Shown here in pieces: positions 1 to 9,394 of a stretch of DNA of 64,000 bases. Origin of the DNA: Flavobacteriales bacterium UBA972 (GTDB taxonomy: Bacteria > Bacteroidota > Bacteroidia > Flavobacteriales > Schleiferiaceae). The stretch lies in NCBI GenBank assembly GCA_002292855.1, contig DBBY01000042.1:3288-67287 (forward strand), in the 5' to 3' direction. The position numbers and the translations under genes are program-made. Every line of letters starts with the position of its first letter. Within the stretch, counting starts at the first letter, position 1. A model generated the notes under the pieces. That model saw nothing but the letters and a program-made list of their open reading frames with translations, had not been told where the DNA came from and ran no database searches.

Positions 1-1302
1 AGACATGATGAGGAGGTTGAGCTCGTCGGGCGATTCGCGCTCGATCAACTCCCTTAAAGCATTGGCATCGGTAAATACCTCAACCCCGGGACCAAAAGCC
101 GCTAAAACTGCCTCTGGGGCAAGCGGCGGAAGGTTCTTGTGCGCCACGGCATCCGGATCAAAAAGCACTAAAGCACGATCTAATCCTTGAAGTGAGCCTG
201 CGTAGCCCGGCAAAAAAGCGGGATTCAGGCTGCTAAAGGTGTGCAGCTCGAGCAATCCCCACACGGGGCGGCTGCCAAAACTCTCCGAAAAAGCGGCCGT
301 CGTGGCCGCAACCTTAGACGGAGCGTGGGCAAAGTCCAAATAAACGTCCCTTCGCTGTGACTGGGCGAGGCGCTCGAGCCGGCGCTGGGCACCCTGAAAC
401 GAGGCAATGGCCTCATAAAAGTCCGCCTCCTGAACTCCCATCTCTTGCGCGAGCCATCGAGCCCCTTCGGCGTTGGCGAGGTTGTGCCTGCCCATTACAC
501 TCATGGGCACCTCTCCCATAGAGGTAATCCAGTACCATTGGGTTCCGTCGTGGCGGTGCTGCGGTACCCGGTAGGGAATCTTGCGCAAGGGCGAAGGGTC
601 CGCAAGCACAAGTGCAGCCAAATCCTCGTCTTCTTCAAAATACAAAAGGGTTCCGCCCGGCTCCATAGAAGCTAAAAATCCGCGAAACGCGTCAGAATAG
701 GACTCCTGGCTTTCAAAAACATTGACATGGTCCCAAGCCATTCCCGTAATCAAGCCAATATGAGCCTTGTACAGGTGAAACTTTGGCCGCGGATCCAAGG
801 GCGATGCAAGGTACTCGTCGCCCTCAAAAACGGCCCAATCGCCCTGGCCCTGAAGGCGAACAGAAGCTTCCAGACCCGGAACCTGCGCCCCGACAAGGTA
901 GTCTGGGAGGCGATCCCAGTACTGCAGTACGTGCAGCAGCATGGAGGTTGTGGTAGTCTTGCCGTGGGATCCGCCCACGACCACCCGGGTCTGGGCCTCG
1001 CAGGCCTTTTGAACGAATTCCGGATACGAATACACCGGTATGCCCAGTTCCTGGGCGCGAAGGAGCTCAGGATTGTCCTTTCGAGCGTGCATTCCCAGGA
1101 CCACGGCGTCGAGCCCAGTATGGATGCGGTCTGGGTACCACCCTTCTGCCTCGGGCAAAAGGCCGGCTGCCGCAAGACGACTGCGGCTGGGTTCAAAAAT
1201 GGCGTCGTCGCTGCCCGTGATCCGGGTTCCCTCGCGGGTTGAGAGGGCCAGCGCGAGGCTGTGCATCGCGCTTCCGCCTATAGCAATAAAATGTAGATTC
1301 AT
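1..1302 (-). CDS. mpl: Mur-ligase family protein, Mpl-like (UDP-N-acetylmuramate:L-alanyl-gamma-D-glutamyl-meso-DAP ligase); 3' end runs off the window
   Basis: Not in the ORF track because there is no stop in the window. My translation of the minus strand from ATG 1302-1300 reads MNLHFIAIGGSAMHSLALAL..ITGSDD. Codons 990-940 read TRVVVGGSHGKTTTTSM (Mur-ligase P-loop). The frame stays open to base 1. Confidence 0.65.
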   Translation of the reverse strand, partial: MNLHFIAIGGSAMHSLALALSTREGTRITGSDDAIFEPSRSRLAAAGLLPEAEGWYPDRIHTGLDAVVLGMHARKDNPELLRAQELGIPVYSYPEFVQKACEAQTRVVVGGSHGKTTTTSMLLHVLQYWDRLPDYLVGAQVPGLEASVRLQGQGDWAVFEGDEYLASPLDPRPKFHLYKAHIGLITGMAWDHVNVFESQESYSDAFRGFLASMEPGGTLLYFEEDEDLAALVLADPSPLRKIPYRVPQHRHDGTQWYWITSMGEVPMSVMGRHNLANAEGARWLAQEMGVQEADFYEAIASFQGAQRRLERLAQSQRRDVYLDFAHAPSKVAATTAAFSESFGSRPVWGLLELHTFSSLNPAFLPGYAGSLQGLDRALVLFDPDAVAHKNLPPLAPEAVLAAFGPGVEVFTDANALRELIERESPDELNLLIMS

Positions 1303-1308
1303 GCGCCC

Positions 1309-2079
1309 TTAGAGCTGTATCTGATAGGCCTTCAGTAAATTGAGGCGAAACGAGGGCAGCAAGGGGAAGAAGAGCGGATTGCTCGGGTCGATGTCTACCA
1401 CATCCACCACGGCTGGGTCAGCACCTTCCAAAAGCAGGTTTACCTTAACCAGCACATTGATGTTTACGTCGCGCCCTTTGCGCACGGTGAACTGACTTTG
1501 GTAATCGAGAAGCTCATTGAGCGCCTCAGAACTGATGGTGTATTTAAAGGGTTTGTAGGGCTTATCGCTGGTGGTGTCTGAAGGCAGCTTCCACCAGCCC
1601 TCGATAACCACGGCATTGTATCCACCGTTGGGCCGCGCAAGTCGGTTCATGGCGCTCTCTGGAGACCAGGAATTCGTAGGAATCGCGTTTTGGGTACTGT
1701 CGAGGCCGATGCGCCAAAAGTGCCGGCCGGAGTAGGTGCCTGTTGGGATTTTGTAAATCGGGGTATATCCGCCAAAAAGAGAAGAAGTCGAGGTCAAAAC
1801 AAAGTCCGAACTGTCGCCCTTGACCGGGAATACGGTGTCGCCTAGGTGGTTCTCAAAATGGTAGAATCCCATTCCGATTTCTACGTTTTTAAAGCGGATT
1901 TGGGTTCCGCTCAGGTCTAAGGCAAACACTTGATTGGTATCAATCAAGTTGTTTTTGAAGTAGAAGAAGTGGCGAAGCACTATGTTGCGCTCCTCCATCG
2001 GGGCCGGTGGATCGACAAACGTAGCCTCGCAACCAACCAATACCAGGGCCGCAAGCGCGGCAAACCAAACATTCTTCAT
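1309..2079 (-). CDS. hypothetical lipoprotein
   Basis: 256-aa ORF with a signal peptide plus lipobox (ALVLVGC). It sits 6 nt upstream of the mpl start. No family recognised. Confidence 0.6.
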   Translation of the reverse strand: MKNVWFAALAALVLVGCEATFVDPPAPMEERNIVLRHFFYFKNNLIDTNQVFALDLSGTQIRFKNVEIGMGFYHFENHLGDTVFPVKGDSSDFVLTSTSSLFGGYTPIYKIPTGTYSGRHFWRIGLDSTQNAIPTNSWSPESAMNRLARPNGGYNAVVIEGWWKLPSDTTSDKPYKPFKYTISSEALNELLDYQSQFTVRKGRDVNINVLVKVNLLLEGADPAVVDVVDIDPSNPLFFPLLPSFRLNLLKAYQIQL

Positions 2080-2088
2080 AAGATAAAA

Positions 2089-2850
2089 TTACGCATTTAC
2101 TGGGGACTCTGGGGGCGGAACCTGCTCAATAGCAGCCATCACCTGATCTAAAATCTGCTGGGGAGTAGCATCCTCGGCAAACTGCAAGGGCTCCTTGAAG
2201 CGAATGGTAAGCTCCGTGCGTCGCTTTTTGACCCTTAGACCCTTCTTGTCAAACCCTCGACGAAAGCCGTCTACCACCACAGGAACCACTATGGGATTCA
2301 GATCCTTGATAAGATGGGCCGTGCCGCGCCGACCTGGGGCATAGGGTTTGGTGGTACCCTGGGGGAAGGTGATTACCCATCCGGCCTGAATGGCCTTGCG
2401 AATTCCCTCGAGGTCCTTAGGGTCCACCCCTCGATTAATTTCTTGGCCGGCCTCGCGCCAGGTCCGCTTGATGCTCACCGAGCCTGCTAAGGCGAGCAAA
2501 CGAGGCAGGGGGCCCGACTTCATCGTTTCTTTGGCCGCAATAAAAAACAGGTTCATACGCGGATTCAATACGGGCCACCAGCGGTTTACGCGGTTAGGCA
2601 TTCCGTTTCGAAGGTGCATAAAAACCAAGAACATCGAAGCCACGTCCATAAAGTACGTTTGGTGGTTGCTCACAAAAAGCACGTTTTGGTTGGGCAGGTT
2701 TTTGAGGTGCTCCATGCCCTCTACCTTGGTGCGGTGAATGTGGTTCAAGCGATACCAGGTAACCGTGCCGAAGCAAAAAATTACCATGCGCTTGGCCCAC
2801 AATGGATTGCCAAAAGGATCGCGGTAGGGAAGTCGGCGAATCTTCTTCAT
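2089..2850 (-). CDS. 1-acyl-sn-glycerol-3-phosphate (lysophospholipid) acyltransferase, PlsC family
   Basis: Has the NHQTYFMD (HX4D) and FPQGTT acyltransferase motifs. I prefer ATG at 2850 over TTG at 2853. Confidence 0.75.
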   Translation of the reverse strand: MKKIRRLPYRDPFGNPLWAKRMVIFCFGTVTWYRLNHIHRTKVEGMEHLKNLPNQNVLFVSNHQTYFMDVASMFLVFMHLRNGMPNRVNRWWPVLNPRMNLFFIAAKETMKSGPLPRLLALAGSVSIKRTWREAGQEINRGVDPKDLEGIRKAIQAGWVITFPQGTTKPYAPGRRGTAHLIKDLNPIVVPVVVDGFRRGFDKKGLRVKKRRTELTIRFKEPLQFAEDATPQQILDQVMAAIEQVPPPESPVNA

Positions 2851-2858
2851 CAATTGGG

Positions 2859-2866
2859 CAAATCTA
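2859..2866 (-). promoter_or_regulatory. Bacteroidetes-type -7 box TAGATTTG (TAnnTTTG), 8 nt upstream of the acyltransferase ATG
   Basis: Exact TAnnTTTG match in the divergent 31-nt intergenic region, correctly oriented. Confidence 0.4.
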
Positions 2867-2881
2867 CATCACCTTTGCCAA

Positions 2882-3313
2882 GTGGAGCTCGATAAATGGC
2901 CAAATACCAACCTGCAACCCGACCCTCAGGGGAGGCTTTGGGATGCCCTGCGCCGCAAATGGGTGGCCGGAACTCCCGAGGAATTCGTGCGCCAGCATTT
3001 CTTGCAGCGCCTGATTTTAGAAGGCCATTACCCCCCGGAGTCTATTGCGGTGGAGCGCGGACTCCTTGTGCACGGGCAGCGCAAGCGTTTTGATGCCGTA
3101 GTTTTTTGCCAAGGGAAACCCTGGTTGCTCGTCGAATGCAAGGCAGCAAGCCAGCCCTTGAACGACGCGGTGTGCCAGCAATGGATGCGCTACAACCTGC
3201 CGCTCGAAGCACCCTGGGGTTGGTTGACTAACGGGCAGAATGATCGATTTTTTTCTTCAGACGGCCAAGAAAGACCGGCCATCCTGCCTGCATTCGGTAC
3301 CTTTGCACTTTAG
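2882..3313 (+). CDS. HsdR N-terminal-domain (type I restriction enzyme R N-terminus-like) stand-alone protein
   Basis: 143 aa. PEEFVRQHFLQRLI..ESIAVE..RFDAVVF..PWLLVECKA matches the nuclease-like HSDR_N fold pattern. GTG start. No HsdM/HsdS nearby. Confidence 0.55.
   Translation: MELDKWPNTNLQPDPQGRLWDALRRKWVAGTPEEFVRQHFLQRLILEGHYPPESIAVERGLLVHGQRKRFDAVVFCQGKPWLLVECKAASQPLNDAVCQQWMRYNLPLEAPWGWLTNGQNDRFFSSDGQERPAILPAFGTFAL
3298..3305 (+). promoter_or_regulatory. -7 box TACCTTTG, 18 nt upstream of the purB ATG
   Basis: Exact TAnnTTTG match. It lies in the last codons of the upstream gene. Confidence 0.35.
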
Positions 3314-3323
3314 GAAAAGCACC

Positions 3324-4664
3324 ATGAACCAAGCCCTGCACGCGCTCTCGCCCCTAGACGGCCGCTACCAAAAGCATGCTGCCCCGCTGCGCCCCTACTT
3401 CTCGGAATTTGGCCTTATTCGCTACCGTGTTTTGGTTGAAGTCCGCTACTTTATTGCCCTCTCGGCACTGAATCTTAAGGGATTGCCCTCTCTCAACACG
3501 GCGCAAACCGCCGAGCTTCACCGCATTTACTCCGACTTTAGCGAGTCCGACGCCCTTCGAATCAAAGAAATTGAGGCGACCATTAACCACGACGTCAAGG
3601 CGGTCGAGTACTTTCTCAAAGAACGCTTTGAAGCGCTGGGTCTGGGCGACCGGGTCGAATTTATTCATTTCGGACTCACCTCCCAAGACGTCAACAACAC
3701 CGCGATTCCGCTCTCCCTGCTCGAGGCCCATCGGGACGTGATTCGGCCGGCCTTAATCGAATTAATTGACCGCTTGGAGTCTCAGGCCGCCGAGTGGGAC
3801 CGTCTGCCCATGCTTGCCCGCACCCATGGCCAGGCTGCCTCCCCTACCCGACTGGGCAAGGAATGGCGGGTGTTTCGCGAACGCCTCAGCCAGCAGCTTC
3901 AGCTTCTTGACGGCCTTCCCTTCGCAGGCAAGTTTGGCGGAGCCACCGGCAACTTTAACGCCCACAGCGTGGCCTACCCCGGGGTAGATTGGCACCTCTT
4001 TGCTTCGGGTTTTTTGCGCGATGAACTGGGCTTGCAGCGCAGCCATCCCACGACGCAAATCGAGCACTACGACTATTTAGCCGCCTACTGCGACGCACTC
4101 AAGCGCCTGAACACCATCATGATTGACCTGGCGCGCGACGCCTGGCAGTACATTTCAATGGACTACTTCAAGCAGCGCATTAATCCCAACGAAGTGGGAT
4201 CCTCTGCGATGCCGCACAAGGTTAACCCCATAGACTTTGAGAATGCCGAGGGCAACTTTGGCATTGCCAACGCCTGGCTTGAGCATCTGGCGGCCAAACT
4301 GCCCATCAGCCGGCTGCAGCGCGACCTCACCGATTCTACGGTCTTGCGCAACGTGGGCATGCCCCTTGGCCACATGCTGCTCGCCTACTTCAGCCTTCAG
4401 CGCGGACTCGGTAAGTTGGTAGTCCACGAGGCCGCTATAGCGGCCGACCTCGAGAACCACTGGGAAGTGGTCGCAGAAGGTCTTCAAACGATCCTGCGCC
4501 GCGAGGGCTACCCCAAACCCTATGAAGCGCTTAAAGCGCTTACCCGCACTTCAGGAAGGGTTACCTCCGACGTCATTGCAGCCTTCATTGAAGGATTGGC
4601 GGTTAGCGAAGAAGTCAAGGCAGAGCTTCGCTCTCTGACTCCCTCGAACTACACCGGGCAATGA
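3324..4664 (+). CDS. purB: adenylosuccinate lyase
   Basis: MNQALHALSPLDGRYQ.. N-terminus and the fumarate-lyase signature SSAMPHKVNP. Start taken at internal ATG 3324 of the 3240 ORF. Confidence 0.9.
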   Translation: MNQALHALSPLDGRYQKHAAPLRPYFSEFGLIRYRVLVEVRYFIALSALNLKGLPSLNTAQTAELHRIYSDFSESDALRIKEIEATINHDVKAVEYFLKERFEALGLGDRVEFIHFGLTSQDVNNTAIPLSLLEAHRDVIRPALIELIDRLESQAAEWDRLPMLARTHGQAASPTRLGKEWRVFRERLSQQLQLLDGLPFAGKFGGATGNFNAHSVAYPGVDWHLFASGFLRDELGLQRSHPTTQIEHYDYLAAYCDALKRLNTIMIDLARDAWQYISMDYFKQRINPNEVGSSAMPHKVNPIDFENAEGNFGIANAWLEHLAAKLPISRLQRDLTDSTVLRNVGMPLGHMLLAYFSLQRGLGKLVVHEAAIAADLENHWEVVAEGLQTILRREGYPKPYEALKALTRTSGRVTSDVIAAFIEGLAVSEEVKAELRSLTPSNYTGQ

Positions 4665-5683
4665 AGTACCCAGAGGTTGCACCGATGGTTTTGGGAGAAA
4701 CCGTCATTCCCTCGGGGTCGACCAAAACCGTAGACCTTCAAATTGCCCGGCTTTTGTCTGGCACCTTGATACACATGCCGGTGCATGTATTTCGCAGCGA
4801 CCGCCCGGGCCCAACGCTGCTGCTCAGCGGCGGTCTTCACGGCGACGAGGTCAACGGCATCGAAGCAGTGCGTCGCATGATGTCTCTGGGCCTCTTTGAC
4901 AACCTCGAATGCGGCTCCGTAATAGCCCTTCCCATTATTAATGTCTACGGATTCCTCTTTTTTAGCCGAGATGTTCCCGACGGAAAAGACGTCAACCGAA
5001 GTTTTCCGGGCTCGCCCCAGGGTTCCCTTGCTAGCTTGGTCGCTCACACCCTGAGCGATAAAGTTCTTCCGCACGTGGATCTGGGCGTGGACTTTCATAC
5101 CGGCGGTGCAAGCCGTACCAACTACCCGCAAATCCGCTACGATCCCGAAGATTCTGAGGCGGTAGCCTGCGCAAAGGCCTTCGGAGCCCCGATGTCCTTA
5201 GCCTCATCACTCATACCGGGGTCCTTGAGAGCCCAAGCAAGCAGCATGGGAATCCCCATCGTGGTGTACGAAGGGGGCGAGAGCATGCGGCTCGAAGAGC
5301 ACTCGGTCAAGGAAGCCATTCGAGGTACCAAACGTTTACTCTCTACCCTGGGCATGCTCAGCCAAGAACCACCCAAAGTGAGGGGCCTCAAAGACCGCCG
5401 CGGAAGGCACAGCGCCCCAAGGCACCTCAACCAGACCACCTGGCTGCGCGCGGAGGCAAGCGGACTTTTTTCTTTTGAACGCGAGAGCGGGCAGGCAATT
5501 GCCGAAGGAGAACTAATTGGCCGCATCCGAAACCCCTACGACTCCTACTCGGTCAAGGTGCTTGCGCCCTTCGACGGCTTTATCGTGGGGCACAACAACA
5601 TGCCTCTGGTGCACCGTGGCGATGCTCTGTTCCACCTCGGGCACGAAAGCGATTGGCCTTCGGGCGTCGGTTCCTCAAGCTAA
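4661..5683 (+). CDS. succinylglutamate desuccinylase/aspartoacylase (AstE/AspA, M14-like) family protein
   Basis: GGLHGDEVNGIE zinc-site motif and a length of 340 aa. ATGA overlap with the purB stop. Confidence 0.7.
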   Translation: MKYPEVAPMVLGETVIPSGSTKTVDLQIARLLSGTLIHMPVHVFRSDRPGPTLLLSGGLHGDEVNGIEAVRRMMSLGLFDNLECGSVIALPIINVYGFLFFSRDVPDGKDVNRSFPGSPQGSLASLVAHTLSDKVLPHVDLGVDFHTGGASRTNYPQIRYDPEDSEAVACAKAFGAPMSLASSLIPGSLRAQASSMGIPIVVYEGGESMRLEEHSVKEAIRGTKRLLSTLGMLSQEPPKVRGLKDRRGRHSAPRHLNQTTWLRAEASGLFSFERESGQAIAEGELIGRIRNPYDSYSVKVLAPFDGFIVGHNNMPLVHRGDALFHLGHESDWPSGVGSSS

Positions 5684-5686
5684 GGT

Positions 5687-6859
5687 TTAGGCCAGGGCCT
5701 GCCTGACGATTTCGTCGGCAATGGCCAATGAAGCCGTGGCCGCGGGCGACGGAGCATTCAGCACATGAAAGGCTCGGTTGCCCTGGTGCAGCACAAAATC
5801 GTCCTCAAGGCTTCCGTCGGGCCGAAGGGCCTGGGCGCGAATGCCCGCCCTACCGGGCAGAAGGTCGCTGGATTCCAAACTCGGAATCAGGCGCTGAAGA
5901 GCCTCTAAGAACTTTGCCTTGCTGAAGGCGCGCTGGTACTCGCCGAGTCCGTAGCGCCAATGCTTGGCAAAGAGCCTCCAGGTTCCGGTGTAGCCCAGGG
6001 CGGCAAAGGCGTCCGAAGCGTTAAATGCGGTTTTGGAGTAGCCCTCTCGAGCAAAACTGAAGACTGCGTTGGGTCCGCACTCTACGCCGCCATGGACCAT
6101 GCGGGTGAAATGCACTCCCAAAAAAGGGAAATTTGGGTCGGGAACCGGGTAGATTAAGTGCCGCACTTTGGCCTGCGCGCGGGAGCTCAGTTCATAGTAA
6201 TCTCCGCGAAAGGGCACGATGCGAAGCCCAGCGTCCACGCCGTCAAGCTGAGCAATACGGTCGCTTTGCAGGCCCGCGCAGGCAATAATGTGCTTGCCCC
6301 TCACTTCGCCCTGGGTCGTTTTGACGCCTTCTTGGGTAAACCCAGTAACCTCCGTCTTGAGGCGGACTGCGCCCCTACCGACGCGAAGCATGGCCTCTGC
6401 GGCGTCCGCATAATTGATGATTCCCGTTTGAGGAACCATCAGGGCCTTGGTCGCCCGCAAATAGGGCTCTCGCTCCTGAAGCTCTTCTTGGCTGAGGTAG
6501 CGAATGCCCGATAGCCCATTCTCTGCACCCCGCAGCCGAAGGGTTTCTAGCTGCGCCTCCTCTATGCCGCCCAGAGCAGCGACCACCTTGCCACAGACCT
6601 CGTGCTTAACCCCATGCTCCTGGGCAAAGTCAAGCATTTGAGCGTAGCCGTCGATGCAGGTGCGCGCCTTGAGCGAACCGGGTTTGTAGTAGAGTCCAGA
6701 GTGTATTACCCCGCTGTTGCGCCCGGTTTGGTGCGTAGCTAGGGCGGACTCCTTCTCGAGGAGCACGATCTTGGCCTCGGGATGGGCCATAGCAAGCTTA
6801 TAGTAGAGCGAGGAACCGACTATGCCGCCTCCGATAAGTACAAAATCAAAATGTTCCAT
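5687..6859 (-). CDS. lhgO: FAD-dependent L-2-hydroxyglutarate oxidase/dehydrogenase-like oxidoreductase
   Basis: N-terminal Rossmann motif DFVLIGGGIVG, then LLEKE..HQTGRNSGVIHSGLYYKPGSLKA, typical of LhgO. ATG 6859 preferred over GTG 6877. Confidence 0.65.
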   Translation of the reverse strand: MEHFDFVLIGGGIVGSSLYYKLAMAHPEAKIVLLEKESALATHQTGRNSGVIHSGLYYKPGSLKARTCIDGYAQMLDFAQEHGVKHEVCGKVVAALGGIEEAQLETLRLRGAENGLSGIRYLSQEELQEREPYLRATKALMVPQTGIINYADAAEAMLRVGRGAVRLKTEVTGFTQEGVKTTQGEVRGKHIIACAGLQSDRIAQLDGVDAGLRIVPFRGDYYELSSRAQAKVRHLIYPVPDPNFPFLGVHFTRMVHGGVECGPNAVFSFAREGYSKTAFNASDAFAALGYTGTWRLFAKHWRYGLGEYQRAFSKAKFLEALQRLIPSLESSDLLPGRAGIRAQALRPDGSLEDDFVLHQGNRAFHVLNAPSPAATASLAIADEIVRQALA

Positions 6860-6925
6860 TGACTGGTAAAAATACACCGCCCATTCGTACCCGATCGAGC
6901 GAGGTGTACGAAGGTGATCTACAAT

Positions 6926-7579
6926 TTACTGCGGCATCCCGCCCTGCACCCAGCGTTCAATAAGAGCAATATTGCAGGCAGTCATTGGTCCTGATGGGGG
7001 CATTGCGTTGGGGCCGCTGGTAGCGTTTATGGCGTCCAAAAGACCGCGATAGGTGACCGCACCTGACACCTCACTGTAGTTGGTGAGCTGAACCCCTCCT
7101 GATGGAGTTGGCCCCTGGTGGCAGCCAATGCATTGCGTTTGAATTAAGGCCGCGATGGAACCTGAATACGTAGTAACCGCTGCCGTATCGCAATCGCCAA
7201 TGCAGTTTGTTTCTTTGGCTCCTTGCAGAATCCACAGACGAATCCGCTCCTTTTGAGCATCCGTCAATGGAGCCATTGGAGGCGGCGGCATTAAATCGTC
7301 ACCCGACTCAAACAGTACGGTATACAGTTCGCTGTCGTTTGGATCACCCGCACGAACCTCTGACCTAATTCCCGCATAAGTAGACAAATCAATATCATCT
7401 ACCGGGTTAGTACTCGAATGGCAACCGCTCATTGCACAATTCGATTGAATCATAGGCAAAATTTCGTTAGTAAAATCCACAATACCAGGGTCGCACGGAG
7501 GATCAGGCACCGGGGGCACTGGGGGGATATGCGTGCAGGAGGCCAATACTATGGCACTTAGGATGACTAAGTATTTCAC
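6926..7579 (-). CDS. lipoprotein with two PSCyt1-like (Planctomycete cytochrome C-type) modules
   Basis: Lipobox VLASC. Module 1 has CAMSGCH (CX4CH) and module 2 has CIGCH. Both are followed by ..MPP.. and a [RK]xW tail. Confidence 0.6.
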   Translation of the reverse strand: MKYLVILSAIVLASCTHIPPVPPVPDPPCDPGIVDFTNEILPMIQSNCAMSGCHSSTNPVDDIDLSTYAGIRSEVRAGDPNDSELYTVLFESGDDLMPPPPMAPLTDAQKERIRLWILQGAKETNCIGDCDTAAVTTYSGSIAALIQTQCIGCHQGPTPSGGVQLTNYSEVSGAVTYRGLLDAINATSGPNAMPPSGPMTACNIALIERWVQGGMPQ

Positions 7580-8466
7580 TTTAGTGTTTTGGGTGTTGCA
7601 TGAGTAAATACTCGAGAGATATTGAATCCGAGGTATAAATCACCCTTGGCCCACGAGCCCGGAGTTTGCATCATCCATTGCGGATCAGCCATTGATTGGG
7701 CATTAGTAACATGGAACTGAAATACGTGCCCTCCTGTCTCGAGATCAAGCCCAATACTCAGAGGCACATGGGTGCCTGCAAGGGGAGTCTGGCGCAGCAT
7801 AGCCTCTGCCGTGAGTGCCATGCGCTGGGTAAGTTTATATCGGCCGCTCAGCCCCAAACCTAGCTGGTCGTTTCGGTCCGCTTCAAGTGGAACCAAATTA
7901 AAATGCACCAAGGTTGGAGCAACCTGAAGGGAGATCTTCTCATTGACCTTGCGCGCCACCAATAATTGATGCGTGTAGGCCAGGCGATCCGTAAAGTAAT
8001 GATCAAATCCATCGCTGAAGGCCACCGTGGTCAAGGTCATCGACGAGTACCAAACAGCAGAAATTGGACTATCAAAACCATTGCCTCCCTTGGATTGACG
8101 CAGCAACCTAACTTTAGTAAATGCATCATAGGTCTTGCTTCCCGAGGAACGGCCAAAGCCGGCATTGAGCCACGATACGGGATTATAGGAGTACTCGAAG
8201 CGAATTTGTGCAACGTCAAGTCCGAAAAGATTATACAAAGGCCGGTTATTGATTGCCCCAAAACGGTGACCGATGATAAACTGGCCGACTCCTGCACCAG
8301 GCATCTCGACTGTAGCCCCATTTACAACCTTGGTTCCCTTAAAGGTTGCAAAGGCATACTGCCTTACTGCCGGAGGGGCCATGGCGTCTAATTCCGCCAA
8401 TAAATCGTCTTGAGCCCAAAGAGCGGCAAAGGGCAGCAGTGCGACTAAAAATAAGTTCTTACGCAC
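7576..8466 (-). CDS. secreted outer-membrane beta-barrel protein (DUF5777-like)
   Basis: Signal peptide ..ALWAQ. ATFKGTKVVNG..FIIGHRFG..LFGLD pattern and alternating beta-strand character. The family name is from memory. Confidence 0.5.
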   Translation of the reverse strand: MRKNLFLVALLPFAALWAQDDLLAELDAMAPPAVRQYAFATFKGTKVVNGATVEMPGAGVGQFIIGHRFGAINNRPLYNLFGLDVAQIRFEYSYNPVSWLNAGFGRSSGSKTYDAFTKVRLLRQSKGGNGFDSPISAVWYSSMTLTTVAFSDGFDHYFTDRLAYTHQLLVARKVNEKISLQVAPTLVHFNLVPLEADRNDQLGLGLSGRYKLTQRMALTAEAMLRQTPLAGTHVPLSIGLDLETGGHVFQFHVTNAQSMADPQWMMQTPGSWAKGDLYLGFNISRVFTHATPKTLK

Positions 8467-8995
8467 CCTTCAGTGTTGATTTTACCGTCACCGTAACAAC
8501 CTCTGCAACCTTAGAAACGACTAAGGTTGGGACTTTAATGTCGTAGTCGGTAGTGCGGACTTTGAACTCACTCTCTACAGTTACTGACCCGTCGGCATGA
8601 ACCGTTATGGCCGCGGGAATGGTCACGTCTTTAGTTACACCGTGTATGGTCATTTGACCCTTGATTCCGCCTTTAAAGGATGCGGGCTTCTTCCAATCTA
8701 CTCCTTCAATCTTTGCCTTAAGGGTCGCTTTAGGATAAAGCGCGGACTCCATGTAGTTTTCGTTGAAGTGCTCTTGCATCAAAGCCCGCTTAAACGTGAA
8801 CGACTGCATCTGAAGCTGCCAAACAGCCTCATTGGTCTCTGTGTTTAGTATGCCAACACCATTATTTAAAACCGCATCAACGTCTTCGACAGGAGTTGAA
8901 GCATTAATTCGTACAAAGGTGTCTTTGCTAACCAGTTTTTGGCCGGACGCCACAAGAGACATGGCAATGGTTGCGGCAGTTAAGAGATGCTTCAT
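8459..8995 (-). CDS. YceI-like periplasmic lipid/polyisoprenoid-binding protein
   Basis: Signal peptide. HFNENYMES..YPKATLKA..GQMTIHGVTKDV..FKVRTTDYDI matches the YceI domain pattern. Confidence 0.7.
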   Translation of the reverse strand: MKHLLTAATIAMSLVASGQKLVSKDTFVRINASTPVEDVDAVLNNGVGILNTETNEAVWQLQMQSFTFKRALMQEHFNENYMESALYPKATLKAKIEGVDWKKPASFKGGIKGQMTIHGVTKDVTIPAAITVHADGSVTVESEFKVRTTDYDIKVPTLVVSKVAEVVTVTVKSTLKGA

Positions 8996-9010
8996 AATAT
9001 TTGATTTGGA

Positions 9011-9385
9011 TTAGTTGGGCAATGCTCCAGCACGCTTCCAGACGCGAACTTTGGCTTTGCTGCATTCAGAAATTGGCCCACCTGGGGGCATGGCTAAGGG
9101 ATCGCCCGCACTGCGGTTAATGCGATCGAGCATACTTCCATTTAAAACGGAATTTTGTACACCTGTATGGGCACTTAAATCAAGTCCTCCGCTCGCACCG
9201 GCACCCTGATGGCAGCCAAGGCATTGGGACTGTATAAGCGGCTGAATATCAATGCTCCATGTCGCAACCGAATCGCAGGCTGCCCCTGAACCATACAACT
9301 GCTCGGCATTGTCGTAGTAGCAACTCGAGGTTGACAGCATTGCCGCCAGAACCAACAAAAAAACATGCACTTTCACTGACCTCAA
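9011..9385 (-). CDS. small lipoprotein with one PSCyt1-like CxxCH module
   Basis: Lipobox LSTSSC. IQPLIQSQCLGCHQGAGASGGLDLS..AMPPGGP..KVRVW. Confidence 0.6.
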   Translation of the reverse strand: MRSVKVHVFLLVLAAMLSTSSCYYDNAEQLYGSGAACDSVATWSIDIQPLIQSQCLGCHQGAGASGGLDLSAHTGVQNSVLNGSMLDRINRSAGDPLAMPPGGPISECSKAKVRVWKRAGALPN

Positions 9386-9394
9386 AGGTACTAT

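Noticed and set aside
727-1312. ORFs 727-1242(+), 750-1196(-) and 1040-1312(+) listed in the track at the window start.
   Set aside because: They fall inside the unlisted, window-truncated Mpl-like gene (minus strand, frame ending at base 1), which carries the Mur-ligase P-loop. The listed ORFs are out-of-frame or antisense shadows.
2882-3313. HsdR N-terminal-domain gene as evidence of a type I restriction-modification or other defence system.
   Set aside because: It is a stand-alone 143-aa domain protein with no HsdM/HsdS/HsdR helicase, no methyltransferase and no other defence genes nearby. This small gene is commonly found upstream of purB-type housekeeping genes.
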